A DNA stretch of 64,000 nt from an uncultured bacterium. Lineage in GTDB: Bacteria; Zixibacteria; MSB-5A5; UBA10806; 4484-95. The notes beneath the pieces were generated by a model that made no database searches, was not told the DNA's origin, and was given only the letters and a program-made list of their open reading frames with translations. Where the stretch lies: contig CBFDEC010000003.1 of NCBI GenBank assembly GCA_965603725.1, positions 37,515 through 101,514 on the forward strand, read 5' to 3'. Positions 17,926 to 26,480 of this stretch are shown here, in pieces; the stretch's first letter is position 1, and every line of letters begins with the position of its first letter. The translations under genes were made by a program, and so were the position numbers.

Positions 17926-18006
17926 GAACTGAATAGAATCTTTATAATATAAATTATATCAACGAGTTGATATTTCGAAGAAGTGGAAATCATGATTTCT
18001 CGAAAA

Positions 18007-18024
18007 TTCGGGGAAACTTCCGCA
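18007..18024 (+). repeat. copy 2 of the motif (TTCGGGGAAACTTCCGCA)
   Basis: The first 13 nt are identical to copies 3 and 4. It lies 113 nt upstream of copy 3 as a direct repeat. Confidence 0.7.
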
Positions 18025-18031
18025 CTAATAG

Positions 18032-18072
18032 GCGGGACTTTCCAGTCCCGCTGGCAGGCTGGAAAGCCTGCC
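18032..18072. repeat. double GC-rich hairpin (REP-like) module
   Basis: The two hairpins are GCGGGACT-TTCC-AGTCCCGC and GGCAGGCT-GGAA-AGCCTGCC. The left part with its 5' flank (TAATAGGCGGGACTTTCCAG) recurs at 43164-43184. Confidence 0.75.
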
Positions 18073-18119
18073 CTGTTAAGTTAGTTTTTTATTTTGATCA
18101 AAATTGTTATGTGGAAAAA

Positions 18120-18137
18120 TTCGGGGAAACTCCTGAT
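18120..18137 (+). promoter_or_regulatory. copy 3 of the motif (TTCGGGGAAACTCCTGAT), 10 nt upstream of a -35 box
   Basis: It is an 18/18 match to the reverse complement of 42574-42591 and sits directly upstream of the promoter at 18148-18175. Confidence 0.6.
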
Positions 18138-18147
18138 ATTTTGTTTA

Positions 18148-18175
18148 TTGACTTTGTGGTACAATATGTTATATT
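18148..18175 (+). promoter_or_regulatory. sigma-70-type promoter candidate for the M14 carboxypeptidase gene (TTGACT-16-TGnTATATT)
   Basis: TTGACT lies at 18148-18153, followed by a 16-nt spacer and an extended -10 (TGT TATATT) ending at 18175. This is 70 nt upstream of the ATG at 18246. Confidence 0.5.
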
Positions 18176-18245
18176 ATTTGTAATGGGTATAATGATAGGT
18201 AACTGGCTGTGTAAGCCTATTAATTATTTACACATAGGAGTAAAA

Positions 18246-20516
18246 ATGATTTCTAGGCCAATGACGTTATTGTTAGTATCAGTGATAATGTTTATAACCT
18301 CAATAGTATATGCATCAGACAATCCCATGCTCATCAGGGTTGACCTGCTTGATAAACAAGACCTTTCAGCGCTGAATAGACTTCATTTCGATATACCGGT
18401 GGTAACTGAGAATTTCGCCGAAGTAGTAGTGTATCCTGAGGATTTAACAACAATTGCTGAAGCGGGGTTGCATTATCAGGTTATTCATGAGGATCTGGTC
18501 AGTTATTACCAGAGCCGAAATCCGCTGAACACAACTATGGGCGGCTTTCTGACCTTCTCTGAAATACTTGATACAATTGATGTGCTTCATTCAAATTACC
18601 CCGATTTAATTTCCGCCCGTGATTCGATTGGAGCTTCATGGGAAGGAAGAGCCCTGTGGGTTTTTAAACTTTCTGATAATGTTGATGTTGATGAAGACGA
18701 ACCGGAGGTGTTTTACAATGCCCTGATTCATGCCCGTGAACCGATTACGTGGGCGTGGCAGCTTTACTATATCAACTGGCTTTTAGACAACTATGGCGAT
18801 GATCCGGTTGCAACAGAAATAATCGACGAAAGAGAGCTATTCTTTTTGCCGGTGTTCAATCCAGACGGCTACGAGTATAACCGTCAGACCAACCCCAATG
18901 GGGGCGGTATGTGGCGAAAGAATCGCCGCAGCGGTGGAGGAGTAGATCTAAACCGAAACTGGGGTTACATGTGGGGTTATGATGATCAGGGTTCCTCGCC
19001 ATATCCATATGATGAGACATATCGTGGACCGGACCCTTTCTCCGAACCGGAAACTCAGGTTGTCAGGGATTTCATTTTATCAAGAAGCTTTCAGTTTATT
19101 GTAAATGCCCATTCGTATGGCAACTATTTCCTTTATCCTTTTGGTTACGAGGATATTTACACACCTGATCATAATATTTTCCAGGCAATCGGCGATTCTG
19201 CCGAGATTCTGACCGGTTATTCGGCCGGAACAGCCTGGGAGCTTTTGTACAATACCAATGGCGATGCCAACGACTGGCAGTACGGCGAACAAATGGAAAA
19301 ACCACTGATATTCTGCACAGTAACTGAATCCGGAACATCGTCGGATGGTTTCTGGCCGTCACAATATCGGATAATACCACTGTGTGAAGAAATACTATCG
19401 CTGGCTATCTATATGTCGCAGATTGCCGGAAATGTCAGGGCCGTCGCTCCACCGGCACCGCCGGTGTTAAATGCAATCGGCGAGGTGTATACCGATACTT
19501 TCACCGTCAGCTGGACTCATAATGATTCGTATAACCCGGCCGTTGCCTTTGAACTTATCGAGCAGTCAGGTTTCATCCGTGTCGAGGATGATTTCGAATC
19601 GGGTTCGGATAACTGGCTGTTTGACGGCTATCTCCTTCGCACCAATCGTTACCACTCATATAACCACAGTCTTTTTTCCGGCAGCCAGAATAACTATCAT
19701 GGCCGCGCCACAATGGCTGATCCTCTTATGGTTCAGGAGGGCGACAGCCTGATTTTCTTTACCTGGTATGATATCGAAAATAATTATGATTATGCTTATG
19801 TGGAATTGTCCACCGATGGCGGTCAGACATTTAATACGATTCCCGGCAATATAACGACTAATTATAATCCAAACGGAAACAACCACGGCAATGGCATCAC
19901 CGGATCATCTAACGGCAACTGGGTTGAGGCGAAGTTTCCTCTTGATGATTATATCGGCGCTTCGGTATTGATTGAGTTTTCGTATTTTACTGATAGTTAT
20001 GCTCTTGGCGAGGGCATGTATGTTGACGATGTTTACCCGCTTGAAACATTCGAAGAGGAACTGATCATTTCATCTGACATTACAGAAAACTCATATTTGA
20101 TTGAGGGACGTGAAAACGGGATGTATTATTACAAGGTGAGAGCTATTGATGCTGAAAACCAGTGGTCCGGTTTTTCAAATAGCGAGGAGGCTATAGTCGA
20201 TGTTGAAGTTTCCGTCGAAAGCGGCATTGAAGTCCCATCGGAGTTTACCTTAAAGCAGAATTACCCAAATCCGTTTAATGCTCAAACCAGAATCGCTTTT
20301 TCGCTTGCCTCCCCCGGTAATGTGAAACTTGAAGTTTTCGATATCACCGGCAAACTTGTACGAAAAATAGTTGATGCAAGACTGAAGGCAGGTAATCACC
20401 AGGTGATTTGGGATGGTAAAAACGATAGCGGCAGAATTGTCTCCAGCGGGATCTACCTGTATAGACTATCGGCGCCCGATAATTCATCCATGCGCAAGAT
20501 GACGTTTGTGAAATAA
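18246..20516 (+). CDS. secreted M14-family zinc carboxypeptidase with a T9SS C-terminal sorting domain
   Basis: AGGAG lies 5 nt before the ATG at 18246, followed by a signal peptide (MISRPMTLLLVSVIMFITSIVYA). M14 motifs HAREPITW, NPDGYEY and VDLNRNW are present. The C-terminal NYPNPFNAQTRIAF...GIYLYRL is a Por_Secre_tail-like CTD. The track ORF start at 17967 runs through repeat DNA. Confidence 0.85.
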   Translation: MISRPMTLLLVSVIMFITSIVYASDNPMLIRVDLLDKQDLSALNRLHFDIPVVTENFAEVVVYPEDLTTIAEAGLHYQVIHEDLVSYYQSRNPLNTTMGGFLTFSEILDTIDVLHSNYPDLISARDSIGASWEGRALWVFKLSDNVDVDEDEPEVFYNALIHAREPITWAWQLYYINWLLDNYGDDPVATEIIDERELFFLPVFNPDGYEYNRQTNPNGGGMWRKNRRSGGGVDLNRNWGYMWGYDDQGSSPYPYDETYRGPDPFSEPETQVVRDFILSRSFQFIVNAHSYGNYFLYPFGYEDIYTPDHNIFQAIGDSAEILTGYSAGTAWELLYNTNGDANDWQYGEQMEKPLIFCTVTESGTSSDGFWPSQYRIIPLCEEILSLAIYMSQIAGNVRAVAPPAPPVLNAIGEVYTDTFTVSWTHNDSYNPAVAFELIEQSGFIRVEDDFESGSDNWLFDGYLLRTNRYHSYNHSLFSGSQNNYHGRATMADPLMVQEGDSLIFFTWYDIENNYDYAYVELSTDGGQTFNTIPGNITTNYNPNGNNHGNGITGSSNGNWVEAKFPLDDYIGASVLIEFSYFTDSYALGEGMYVDDVYPLETFEEELIISSDITENSYLIEGRENGMYYYKVRAIDAENQWSGFSNSEEAIVDVEVSVESGIEVPSEFTLKQNYPNPFNAQTRIAFSLASPGNVKLEVFDITGKLVRKIVDARLKAGNHQVIWDGKNDSGRIVSSGIYLYRLSAPDNSSMRKMTFVK

Positions 20517-20599
20517 TTTTTGCCATCCAGCGATTTTTCCTTATAGTATTACTTATTGGAGAAATCAGCCGGCTGATGAATAGGTTGTAAAGTAAAGAA

Positions 20600-20662
20600 G
20601 GACAGACTTTGCCTGGCGCCCTTCAGGGCAATCTGTCCAGGCGGGATAAAAAACTGCCCTGC
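20600..20662. repeat. GC-rich hairpin module downstream of the carboxypeptidase gene
   Basis: GGACAGA (20600-20606) pairs with TCTGTCC (20632-20638) around an inner TTGCC/GGCAA stem. It is followed by CAGGCGGGAT-A6-CTGCCCTGC. A perfect palindrome ATCAGCCGGCTGAT lies at 20564-20577. Confidence 0.6.
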
Positions 20663-20706
20663 TTAAAATTCAGATGAATACGAACAGTGTGCATAAATGA
20701 GTAATC

Positions 20707-21723
20707 ATGGGATTATTATCTAAATATAAGAGATATTATTTTTTTTACGGCAGCGACGAATACACCAAGATGAAAAAAGTCAGATCGCTGGTGGACAGCG
20801 TTATTGAAAAGGGATTTGAGGAGTTCGATTATAGTATTTTTGAGGGACGCGGTCTTGATGCATCTCTGCTGATTAACACCGCTTGTTCGCCGCCTTTTGG
20901 ATCACCGCTGCGGGTTGTGCTTCTACGTAATCTTGACAAAGCTTCTCCCCGGGGTTTGGATTTAATTGAAAAATTCATCGGCTCGATTCCGGATTACACA
21001 ACTCTTGTAATGACCAGCGGCAGAGGGATAAAGTCCACCGATGGCAAAAAGAAAATAGATAAACGGAAGAAAATCTATAAAACCCTATTTGCCGATAAAA
21101 ATTCATGCAAGGAGTTTACCGAACCAACTCCTGCATCAGCGGTTAAGCATGTTCTGAATACTGCCGGGGATTATGATATAGAGATTTCACATGAGGCAGC
21201 CGCCCATCTTGTAGAGACTGTGGGCTGCGATATAGGACGTTTAGAGCAGGAGTTAAATAAGCTGATTCTTTATACCGGAGCCGATAAAGCTGTCAAAAAG
21301 GACGATGTCGCTTTAGTGTCGGGAGCAGGCGCAATCGGTACCGTGTTTGATTTACCTGAAAAGATTGTTGACGGTGATATAGTCGGGGCTTTGAGGCTTT
21401 TACATAACCTGCTGTTAACCCGTCAACCCGAGGGAACGATACTTTTTAGAATTAAGGATTATTTTTTAAATTTAAATATGGTTAAGCTTCAGAACATATC
21501 CTCAAATGTTTTGGCTGCCAGGTTCAGGCTTTTACAAAAAACGGCTGAAAGCCTGGTAAAAGCCTCGAAAAAATTATCCTTTGAATGTATAAGTAATTGT
21601 TTGCATTTGGTTTACGAAGGTGAGACCGAATTGAAATCAGCCGGCTTGAAAAATGATATTGTTCTTGTCAAACTGGTTTCCAGCCTGGGAATCGAAATCA
21701 CCGGGAATAAAAGTCAGTATTAA
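20707..21723 (+). CDS. holA: DNA polymerase III subunit delta
   Basis: The 338-aa protein has an N-terminal YFFYGSDEY...LINTACSPPFGSPLRVVLLRN pattern and a helical C-terminal half typical of HolA. Confidence 0.7.
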   Translation: MGLLSKYKRYYFFYGSDEYTKMKKVRSLVDSVIEKGFEEFDYSIFEGRGLDASLLINTACSPPFGSPLRVVLLRNLDKASPRGLDLIEKFIGSIPDYTTLVMTSGRGIKSTDGKKKIDKRKKIYKTLFADKNSCKEFTEPTPASAVKHVLNTAGDYDIEISHEAAAHLVETVGCDIGRLEQELNKLILYTGADKAVKKDDVALVSGAGAIGTVFDLPEKIVDGDIVGALRLLHNLLLTRQPEGTILFRIKDYFLNLNMVKLQNISSNVLAARFRLLQKTAESLVKASKKLSFECISNCLHLVYEGETELKSAGLKNDIVLVKLVSSLGIEITGNKSQY

Positions 21724-21742
21724 TTGTATATATAGGTGAAAG

Positions 21743-22333
21743 ATGACGTCGGCTCAAAAAGATGAAGATCTTCTGGTTATTGAACGTGTTTTGACCGGTG
21801 ATGATAATGCGTTTGAAATACTGGTCAAAAGGTATCAGAAAAGGATTTATTTTTTGGCACTTAGAATGACAAAAAGCCATGATATCGCCGATGAACTGGC
21901 TCAGGAGAGTTTTGTGAAAGCATACATGTCTTTGTCCGGATTCCAGAAGGGGAAAAGCTTTTATACATGGCTTTATCGAATCGCTGTTAATCTGATTTTT
22001 AATTATTTGAAGCATTCGAGTTATTCGGTTTCGCTCGATACTCCGGCTGGCCGGACGTATCTTGAAAACATTCCCAAAAGCCCTGATCAGCTCAGCAGGT
22101 TAATCAGCCAGGAGCAGATAAAGATTTTTCAAAAAGCTCTGGACGACCTTCCTCATGCACAGCGAGCAATCTTTATGTTGAGGGTGTATGATGGTTTTTC
22201 ATATGAAAGAATTTCTGAAATAATGGGTTGTTCCGTAGGTACTGTAATGTCGCGCTTATTCAGAGCCCGGAACAAACTTAAAAGCGCGCTTATTGAAACT
22301 GAAAAGAGAAAAAATGGCAAACTGCAAAAATAA
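21743..22333 (+). CDS. ECF-type RNA polymerase sigma factor
   Basis: Region 2 (YQKRIYFLALRMT...ELAQESFVKAY...WLYRIAVN) and region 4 (SYERISEIMGCSVGTVMSRLFRARNKL) are both present. Confidence 0.9.
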   Translation: MTSAQKDEDLLVIERVLTGDDNAFEILVKRYQKRIYFLALRMTKSHDIADELAQESFVKAYMSLSGFQKGKSFYTWLYRIAVNLIFNYLKHSSYSVSLDTPAGRTYLENIPKSPDQLSRLISQEQIKIFQKALDDLPHAQRAIFMLRVYDGFSYERISEIMGCSVGTVMSRLFRARNKLKSALIETEKRKNGKLQK

Positions 22334-23300
22334 AAAATTGATTGGTCCTTACCTTGACGGTCAACTTGGCGAATGCCAGTGGCTGGATGAGCATATTGCC
22401 GAATGTCCTGAATGTCTGGCAGAATATGAAATGGTCCAGAGGATTGCTCATATTGCCGAAAAGGTTGATTTTGCACCTCAGGAAAGCAATTACTGGAAGA
22501 ATTTCCCGACTCGAGTTTCGGCACGTATAGCGGCTCGCCAGCGTCCCCGATTTTATACCAGAGTCTTAGAAAATATCCTGGGCAGTAAATTGCTGGTTCG
22601 AATTGCCGCTCCTGCTGCAGTGGTCTTAATCGGTGTTTTGATATTCAAGATAGCTAATAATTCCGGCAATTTAAATCCTGAACCTCGGGTTGACGTTATT
22701 GCCTCAACCGAGGCTGTTGTCAATAATGTAGAACATGCTAATATACCATTTACCCCTATTGATGAAGTTGCAGAACCGGTTTTGCCGATAGTTGAACCTG
22801 CAGAAGTTAACGTTAACCATATTGCTGAATTGGCAGATGTCGAGTCTTTAAAAGTTTCTGGATCTGACTTAGAGCAAATGAACAACCGCTCAAATGAGCT
22901 CGGTCAGGTTAAGGATGAGTTGGTTATCAGGGATTTCACAACGGATGATATACATGTGTCAATGACGCATCGACGCAGTCAGGCTGAATTAGGGCTCAGT
23001 GACTTAGCCTGGACAGAATTGACCAGGGTAAAAAGTATAGATATTTTAAATCCTGGTAGTTTAGATACCGACCAGGTGATCAGGTATCAAATCATAGCGG
23101 GTTCAAATTCGAGCCTGGCGCCTCTGTCTTCGCACCGCGAGGCTGCAGGCAAATATTTCGCTCCTCAATGGTCTTTATCCAGGGATGCTTATAATCGATC
23201 TGTTGCCTCGAATTGGGGATATGCCAGCGGCGATAACAACTTCAATTCGGAAAGATTCCGTCATCTAAAACTTGAACTAAAGCTCTCCACTGAAAAATAA
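22314..23300 (+). CDS. anti-sigma factor (zf-HC2 type) with a single TM segment and an extracytoplasmic domain
   Basis: The HxxxCxxC motif (DEHIAECPEC) lies near the N-terminus and a TM helix at LVRIAAPAAVVLIGVLIF. The gene overlaps the sigma gene's 3' end. The start at 22314 is chosen over the track start at 22293. Confidence 0.65.
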   Translation: MANCKNKKLIGPYLDGQLGECQWLDEHIAECPECLAEYEMVQRIAHIAEKVDFAPQESNYWKNFPTRVSARIAARQRPRFYTRVLENILGSKLLVRIAAPAAVVLIGVLIFKIANNSGNLNPEPRVDVIASTEAVVNNVEHANIPFTPIDEVAEPVLPIVEPAEVNVNHIAELADVESLKVSGSDLEQMNNRSNELGQVKDELVIRDFTTDDIHVSMTHRRSQAELGLSDLAWTELTRVKSIDILNPGSLDTDQVIRYQIIAGSNSSLAPLSSHREAAGKYFAPQWSLSRDAYNRSVASNWGYASGDNNFNSERFRHLKLELKLSTEK

Positions 23301-23417
23301 CGTTCAATATTTCTGCTCTGCAAGTTTAAAGCGCTGATAATAGGTTTCGGCATCTATTAACCCAGATTTTGCAGTTAAATAATCGGATATAATGAGTAAC
23401 TTGTTATTGCTCAACGC

Positions 23418-23476
23418 GTAGGGGCGTCCTACAGATCCGTATGGATATGGCAATACGCCCCTACGGCAACTTTTTT
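23418..23476 (+). terminator. hairpin plus T-tract (possible terminator; member of the GC-rich hairpin family)
   Basis: GTAGGGGCGT (23418-23427) pairs with ACGCCCCTAC (23455-23464). T6 follows at 23471-23476. Confidence 0.45.
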
Positions 23477-23701
23477 ATTGTCATTATTTCTTTAAACCTA
23501 TTTGATAATTCTATGTTGGTAAACTACTTGATTTACCTTATCCATCTTACAACTATTCAACTGTAAAATCTGGGATAACAGGTTTTAGTGAATATCATTA
23601 GCTAAATTAATTTATTTTATTCGCTGAAAATATTTGCCATATGTAATATTTTATATATATTTACATGTTGAAGGTGGAGAGGAGCCAGAGAGAGATATCT
23701 T

Positions 23702-24874
23702 ATGTGGCTCGTTTTTTTATTGGTTTTGGTTTTTTTTGCTTACGGTGTATTCGAATACAGGCGTCATAGCTATAACATTAACCAGATTCCGATACGTATC
23801 CATATTAATGGGACTCGGGGCAAATCATCTGTAACCCGTTTGATTGGCGGCGGTTTGAAAGATGGAAACAAGCGAGTTTTTATAAAAACCACAGGTTCCA
23901 GGCCTCGAATCATTGATATTGATGGCAATGAATTTCCAATTGGAAGAGTCGGAGCGGCCAATATAATCGAACAGCTTAAGATTACTCGTCAGGCCGTTGT
24001 CGATAAGGCCGAATACTTTATCGTGGAATGCATGGCGTTGTTTCCAGGCCTTCAGTATATTACAGAACATCAAATGGTCCGTTCTCAGGTGGGAATTATC
24101 ACGAATATCCGGGAGGATCACCTTGATGTTATGGGCCCGTTGGTTGAAGATGTAGCAGATGCTATATGCAACACAATCCCTAAAAACGGGATTCTTTTTA
24201 CTGCCGAGACAAGATTCTTGGAGATGATCCAGAAACGGGCTTCCGCATTGGGGACCAAAGTTATCAGGGTAAATCCGGAATCCATCAGCGCTGAAGATTT
24301 GAGCGGATTGTCCTATCTTGAACATAAAGATAATATGGCCATAGCACTGGCAGTTTGCGAGCATTTTGGGGTGGATAAAAAATCTGCTTTGAAAGGAATG
24401 TATGCGATCAAATCCGATTTCGGCTCTATGAAAAAATATACTCTGAAAATCAATGATAAGACAATTGAATTCATCAATGCCTTTGCCGCGAACGATCCTG
24501 ACAGCTATCGCACTATCTGGGAAATGTTTCACCTTCACAGGAACGCCGACAAAAAACTGATTGTTTTGATTAATTCGCGCCGCGATCGGATTCAGCGGGC
24601 AGAACAGCTTGGCGAATTAATAGCCAGGGAACTGGAAGGGGACTATTTTATAGTTTGCGGCGAATATACTCATCCCCTTGTGCACCGGGCGATCAAGAGC
24701 GGTTTATCGCCTGATTTAATAAAAGATATGAGAAAAAATTCAATCGATGAAATTTTTAATTTTATTTACGACCTCACAATCAAGGAATCCATGGTTATCG
24801 GAATTGGTAATATTGTGGGGTTGGGTGAGGAAATCGTAGGCTATTTTGTAAACAAAGGGAGAATGGTTGCCTGA
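23702..24874 (+). CDS. pgsB: poly-gamma-glutamate synthase PgsB/CapB (Mur-ligase-like amide ligase)
   Basis: An N-terminal TM helix is followed by the IHINGTRGKSSVTRLI P-loop. The length and adjacency to pgsC also fit. Confidence 0.85.
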   Translation: MWLVFLLVLVFFAYGVFEYRRHSYNINQIPIRIHINGTRGKSSVTRLIGGGLKDGNKRVFIKTTGSRPRIIDIDGNEFPIGRVGAANIIEQLKITRQAVVDKAEYFIVECMALFPGLQYITEHQMVRSQVGIITNIREDHLDVMGPLVEDVADAICNTIPKNGILFTAETRFLEMIQKRASALGTKVIRVNPESISAEDLSGLSYLEHKDNMAIALAVCEHFGVDKKSALKGMYAIKSDFGSMKKYTLKINDKTIEFINAFAANDPDSYRTIWEMFHLHRNADKKLIVLINSRRDRIQRAEQLGELIARELEGDYFIVCGEYTHPLVHRAIKSGLSPDLIKDMRKNSIDEIFNFIYDLTIKESMVIGIGNIVGLGEEIVGYFVNKGRMVA

Positions 24875-25331
24875 ATCAACTTTAATAATGCAGGCTATCG
24901 GATTGGGGCTCGTCCTGAGTTTGATATTCTCGGAGACCCTTGGCCTGGCTGCCGGTGGTATGGTTGTTCCCGGTTATATTGCGCTGATGATTCATCAGCC
25001 TTTGAGAATACTGGGAACAATTATCGTAGCGTTACTAACATTCTTTACAGTTAAACTGCTGTCGAATTACATGTTTCTGTATGGCAGACGGCGTACTGTG
25101 ATGATCATTATGGTAGGTTTTTGTTTCGGTTGGGCGTCCCGTGAATTTTTTGTAATTACTCCATCCGGACTGACGGTTGAATTTCAAGCTATCGGTTATA
25201 TTATTCCCGGTCTGATCGCCAACTGGATGGAGCGTCAGGGCGTCGTTCAGACAATATCCATGATGATTGTGGCCGGCGTTCTGGTAAGGATGTTTCTTAT
25301 GATATTTTCTGGCGGGGAGGTGATATTATGA
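24867..25331 (+). CDS. pgsC: poly-gamma-glutamate biosynthesis membrane protein PgsC/CapC
   Basis: This roughly 150-aa polytopic membrane protein carries GGMVVPGYIAL and YGRRR motifs typical of CapC. The start codon is uncertain (24867 TTG or 24888 ATG). Confidence 0.8.
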   Translation: MPESTLIMQAIGLGLVLSLIFSETLGLAAGGMVVPGYIALMIHQPLRILGTIIVALLTFFTVKLLSNYMFLYGRRRTVMIIMVGFCFGWASREFFVITPSGLTVEFQAIGYIIPGLIANWMERQGVVQTISMMIVAGVLVRMFLMIFSGGEVIL

Positions 25332-26470
25332 GGCGACAGATTGGCAAACCCTCATACTTACTTTTAGTATTTTTAGCTTTGCTGTCTTTGTTTTTATTTT
25401 ATCTGGCGGAGAAATCTCAAACGCCCCGCAGGGCCGCTTATTACAATCAAAAAATAGAAGCCGCTCAGCTTGCTAAAGACGCCCAGGAGATTATCAAGAA
25501 GGAACTTAGCAAGCATGGTTATGTTATCGATATTCAAAATGATCCCCATTTATCCGGTCTTATTGGTTCGCAGTATTCGAAAATCACTACCGACCGGGGC
25601 TATATTCGCGACAAGTTGATTTCAACTAATACCAATAATGCGGCGGTCTTAATTGATCTGTATTACAGAGCCGGTTTGAGGCCGGGTGATTATGTAGCGG
25701 TGACTCTTACCGGTTCATTTCCGGGTATGAACATAGCGGTTTTGGCCGCCTGTAAAATAATGGGGCTTAAACCGGTAATAATAACGTCTGTGGGCGCCTC
25801 TACCTGGGGAGCCAACTGGGAAGAACTAACCTGGCTGGACATGGAATCTGTTTTAATTGAAAACAACATCTGGTCATATAAATCAACTGCCGCATCTTTG
25901 GGAGGCGGCAACGATCATGGCCGCGGGCTTTCTCCTGAGGGTAGAACTTTGCTTAAGAAAGCTATTGATAGAAACGAAGTGGAGTTTATATCATCGATTG
26001 ATGATGAGACGCGGTCCGGCTCACTGCATAAAAATATCGAAAAAAGAATAGAGATATTCGATCGAGTGAAAGGAAATAATAGATATAAAGCTGTTATCAA
26101 TGTCGGCGGCGGTCTGGCGGCTGTCGGATCCTCCCAGAACGGAAGACTGATTCCTCCTGGCTACAATGCCCGGCTGTATGAAAGACAGCTTCCCGCTGAA
26201 GGCGCCATTACCATACTGGCTAAACGGCTTATCCCAGTCATTCATCTGCTTCAGCTTTCACAGTTTGCCGAACGATATAATTTGCCGGTTGAAATTACCG
26301 ATGAACCTAAAATAGGCGAGGGACCGGTTTATGTTCAAGAGAGGTACTCTATTGCCACAACAATAATGTATACGGTAATACTCGTGGTAGTACTCTGGGG
26401 CGCGATACGAATCGATTTCAGATATTATATTTATAGAAACAAACATTTATTCGTGCGAAAAAACCGGTGA
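25328..26470 (+). CDS. poly-gamma-glutamate system protein (the third gene of PgsB/PgsC cassettes outside Bacillus)
   Basis: It is coupled to pgsC by an ATGA overlap and has N- and C-terminal TM helices flanking a soluble domain. The assignment rests on cassette context and architecture. Confidence 0.55.
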   Translation: MRRQIGKPSYLLLVFLALLSLFLFYLAEKSQTPRRAAYYNQKIEAAQLAKDAQEIIKKELSKHGYVIDIQNDPHLSGLIGSQYSKITTDRGYIRDKLISTNTNNAAVLIDLYYRAGLRPGDYVAVTLTGSFPGMNIAVLAACKIMGLKPVIITSVGASTWGANWEELTWLDMESVLIENNIWSYKSTAASLGGGNDHGRGLSPEGRTLLKKAIDRNEVEFISSIDDETRSGSLHKNIEKRIEIFDRVKGNNRYKAVINVGGGLAAVGSSQNGRLIPPGYNARLYERQLPAEGAITILAKRLIPVIHLLQLSQFAERYNLPVEITDEPKIGEGPVYVQERYSIATTIMYTVILVVVLWGAIRIDFRYYIYRNKHLFVRKNR

Positions 26471-26480
26471 CGAGGATAAT

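Noticed and set aside
17967-18245. N-terminal 93 codons of the track ORF 17967-20516
   Set aside because: This stretch runs through the repeat motifs, the double GC hairpin and the predicted promoter, and it encodes no signal peptide. The ATG at 18246 has an AGGAG site and is followed by a typical signal peptide, so the extension is treated as non-coding.
23825-24538. 237-aa ORF antisense to pgsB. Similar long antisense ORFs lie at 32923-33603 (opposite the fumarate hydratase alpha gene), 35699-36133 (opposite clpC) and 52954-53448 (opposite ftsH).
   Set aside because: Each lies entirely inside a confidently identified gene on the other strand. Their compositions are skewed and low-complexity, they show no recognisable motifs, and they have no ribosome-binding sites. 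They are typical shadow ORFs.
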